A stretch of DNA of 64,000 bases, taken from the NCBI RefSeq assembly GCF_001194135.2, contig NC_068983.1:143222394-143286393 (forward strand). The letters run 5' to 3'. This stretch comes from Octopus bimaculoides. Lineage: Eukaryota. Positions 62,245 to 64,000 of this stretch are shown here, piece by piece. The notes beneath the pieces were generated by a model. It did no database searches. It saw only the letters and a list, made by a program, of their open reading frames with translations, and was not told where the DNA came from. The position numbers were made by a program, and so were the translations under genes. Position 1 is the stretch's first letter; the number at the start of each line of letters is the position of its first letter.

Positions 62245-64000
62245 CTTATATACACGTATAGACATATCCCTATACATATACATGTATGCACAATAACAAT
62301 ATGGAAAGTAAATGAAATGAAGAGAAAAATGACAAATATTATACAGCCAATGGACTAACTTGCCAGGTCAAAAGCAGCATGCAACAGCTCTCAGCTGAAG
62401 GCTAAACTATATCGGAGCTCTTAAGTTTGGGAAAGGAAATAATCTAAAAGGATCACAATCGTTTCTAAGGGTATATGGACAAGGACTTGGTTTGTAGGGT
62501 TCTCTGTTTTTTTTTATTTGTAACTTGCAAGTAACAAGATGTAGGGAAGAAAGTAACAAAACAAAAATAAATTGAGTGCATTGGTTGTTCCTTGTATATT
62601 ATTTAATTTTATGTATTTATTGGTAGACATAAAGGACAATTCACCGTAAGGGACCCATTGATAGAAATTGAAATATACATTACTTGCCTACTCAGCAAAT
62701 GTTGAAATGTTTCAATGGTGTAATGGTTAGTATATTTATTTAATAGACAAAATTCAATTTGTCCTGAAGGATTTGTAAAAATACTGCTCTTGAATTATAA
62801 CTTACAAATGCATAGTTTGATATTGTTTATATATAAGGGACAGAATTCTATCTCCCATGGATTGATTTACGAATTTAGTTTAAATAAACAGAGATAGAGG
62901 GCTAGAAATAATTTGTCATTAAATGAGCTTGCTATGAAGTAAAATCAAGAGTTTAAGAATAATTTATTTCTCACAGAGGAACAATTTCCTGTTTGTAGAT
63001 GATTAGGTGTATAATGCAATTCTTTACAAGATATCACTAAAATTATTATTATTTTAGGAGAAATATCTTAAATGTTCAGAAAATTTTTTTAAATAATTAA
63101 AAAAAAAAAAAAGGCATGAATATGGAAAATATAATTATTTTGAAGGTAAATAAATAAAATGTGTTGCTTAAAATTACAAAATAAAAAACACAGAAAGAGA
63201 ACTTCAGGGAATGACTAAGGATCTAATTAGTTGAGATCTGAATATTTTTACAGCTTAATATAAATTTTGTTTAATTAATGACAGACTAACTTCCATTTTA
63301 ACAGAATTTTTAAAAAGTTGGCTTCTGTCATTATGACTTTCATATTTGTTGTAAAACCATATACAATACATTGTACAAAGTGTGTGTGTGTATAATTAAC
63401 TAGATAAATAAGACCTTTAAACTCTTACTATTTTTCTCTTACAGTACAGTAGCATAATCAAGGGAAATTTCTCTAATTATATTTTCAAAGGTTTGGGCTG
63501 AAACTAATCACCTGTGTTAATTTAACACTATGAATTACACGTATTAAAAAATTACAATGTGTCAAATATAAGAATAATTTTTGAGTCAGAGAGAAAATAT
63601 TAAAAGAAACTAATTGTATTTGTTTTTTGTTTTTTTTTTATAACAATTATTTTTTTTTAAGTACCTGATTTATGTACAGAAGCTATCAAAAGCAACAGGG
63701 TAGCAAACAAGACAACTAAAGAAAACCTACTAGCATCTTATAGTTTTATAGACATCACAAGCAATGCAACAACACAATATATGTTCAAACAAAGTATTAA
63801 TCACCAAGAGAATTTATAAGAAAACGAAATCCAAGAATTTCTTCACAAGTAAACTCTAAATGAATTAGTAGGAGGTTAAAGTGTTAGAATGTAATGCTTT
63901 ATTAAAGTAATCACTTGAAAGTGTTATCGTTGTTAATCTTGTTGTTGTTGTTATTTAAGCAAGAGTGCAACCATAGTAACAATAATAAGAGCATTTCAGT

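Overview
Eukaryotic, strongly AT-rich, microsatellite- and retroposon-dense DNA. The SINE/LINE families resemble those of Octopus (cephalopod) genomes; this is an inference from repeat recognition, not a database hit. Most of the window is intronic or intergenic. The one well-supported protein-coding segment is a minus-strand terminal exon (24698-24286) encoding a Ser/Tyr-rich tail with PPxY and NPxY motifs. Several short candidate upstream exons lie between 27.8 and 55.9 kb, including a 12-nt microexon candidate with strong splice sites. Mobile DNA includes a full-length but dead mariner with TIRs and TA TSDs (18655-19942), a fragmented Gypsy LTR element (11.6-14.8 kb), RTE-type LINE remnants, a hAT MITE with a perfect 8-bp TSD, a TTAA-flanked piggyBac-type MITE and many tRNA-derived SINEs. 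Three structures stand out: an array in which four SINE copies alternate with five copies of the same 14-bp linker (6091-7033), suggesting repeated insertion into one self-regenerating target site; a 145-bp near-perfect palindrome (3411-3555); and an imperfect long hairpin in a CpG-rich island (55.4-55.6 kb). I saw no prokaryotic features, rRNA, genuine tRNA or CRISPR.
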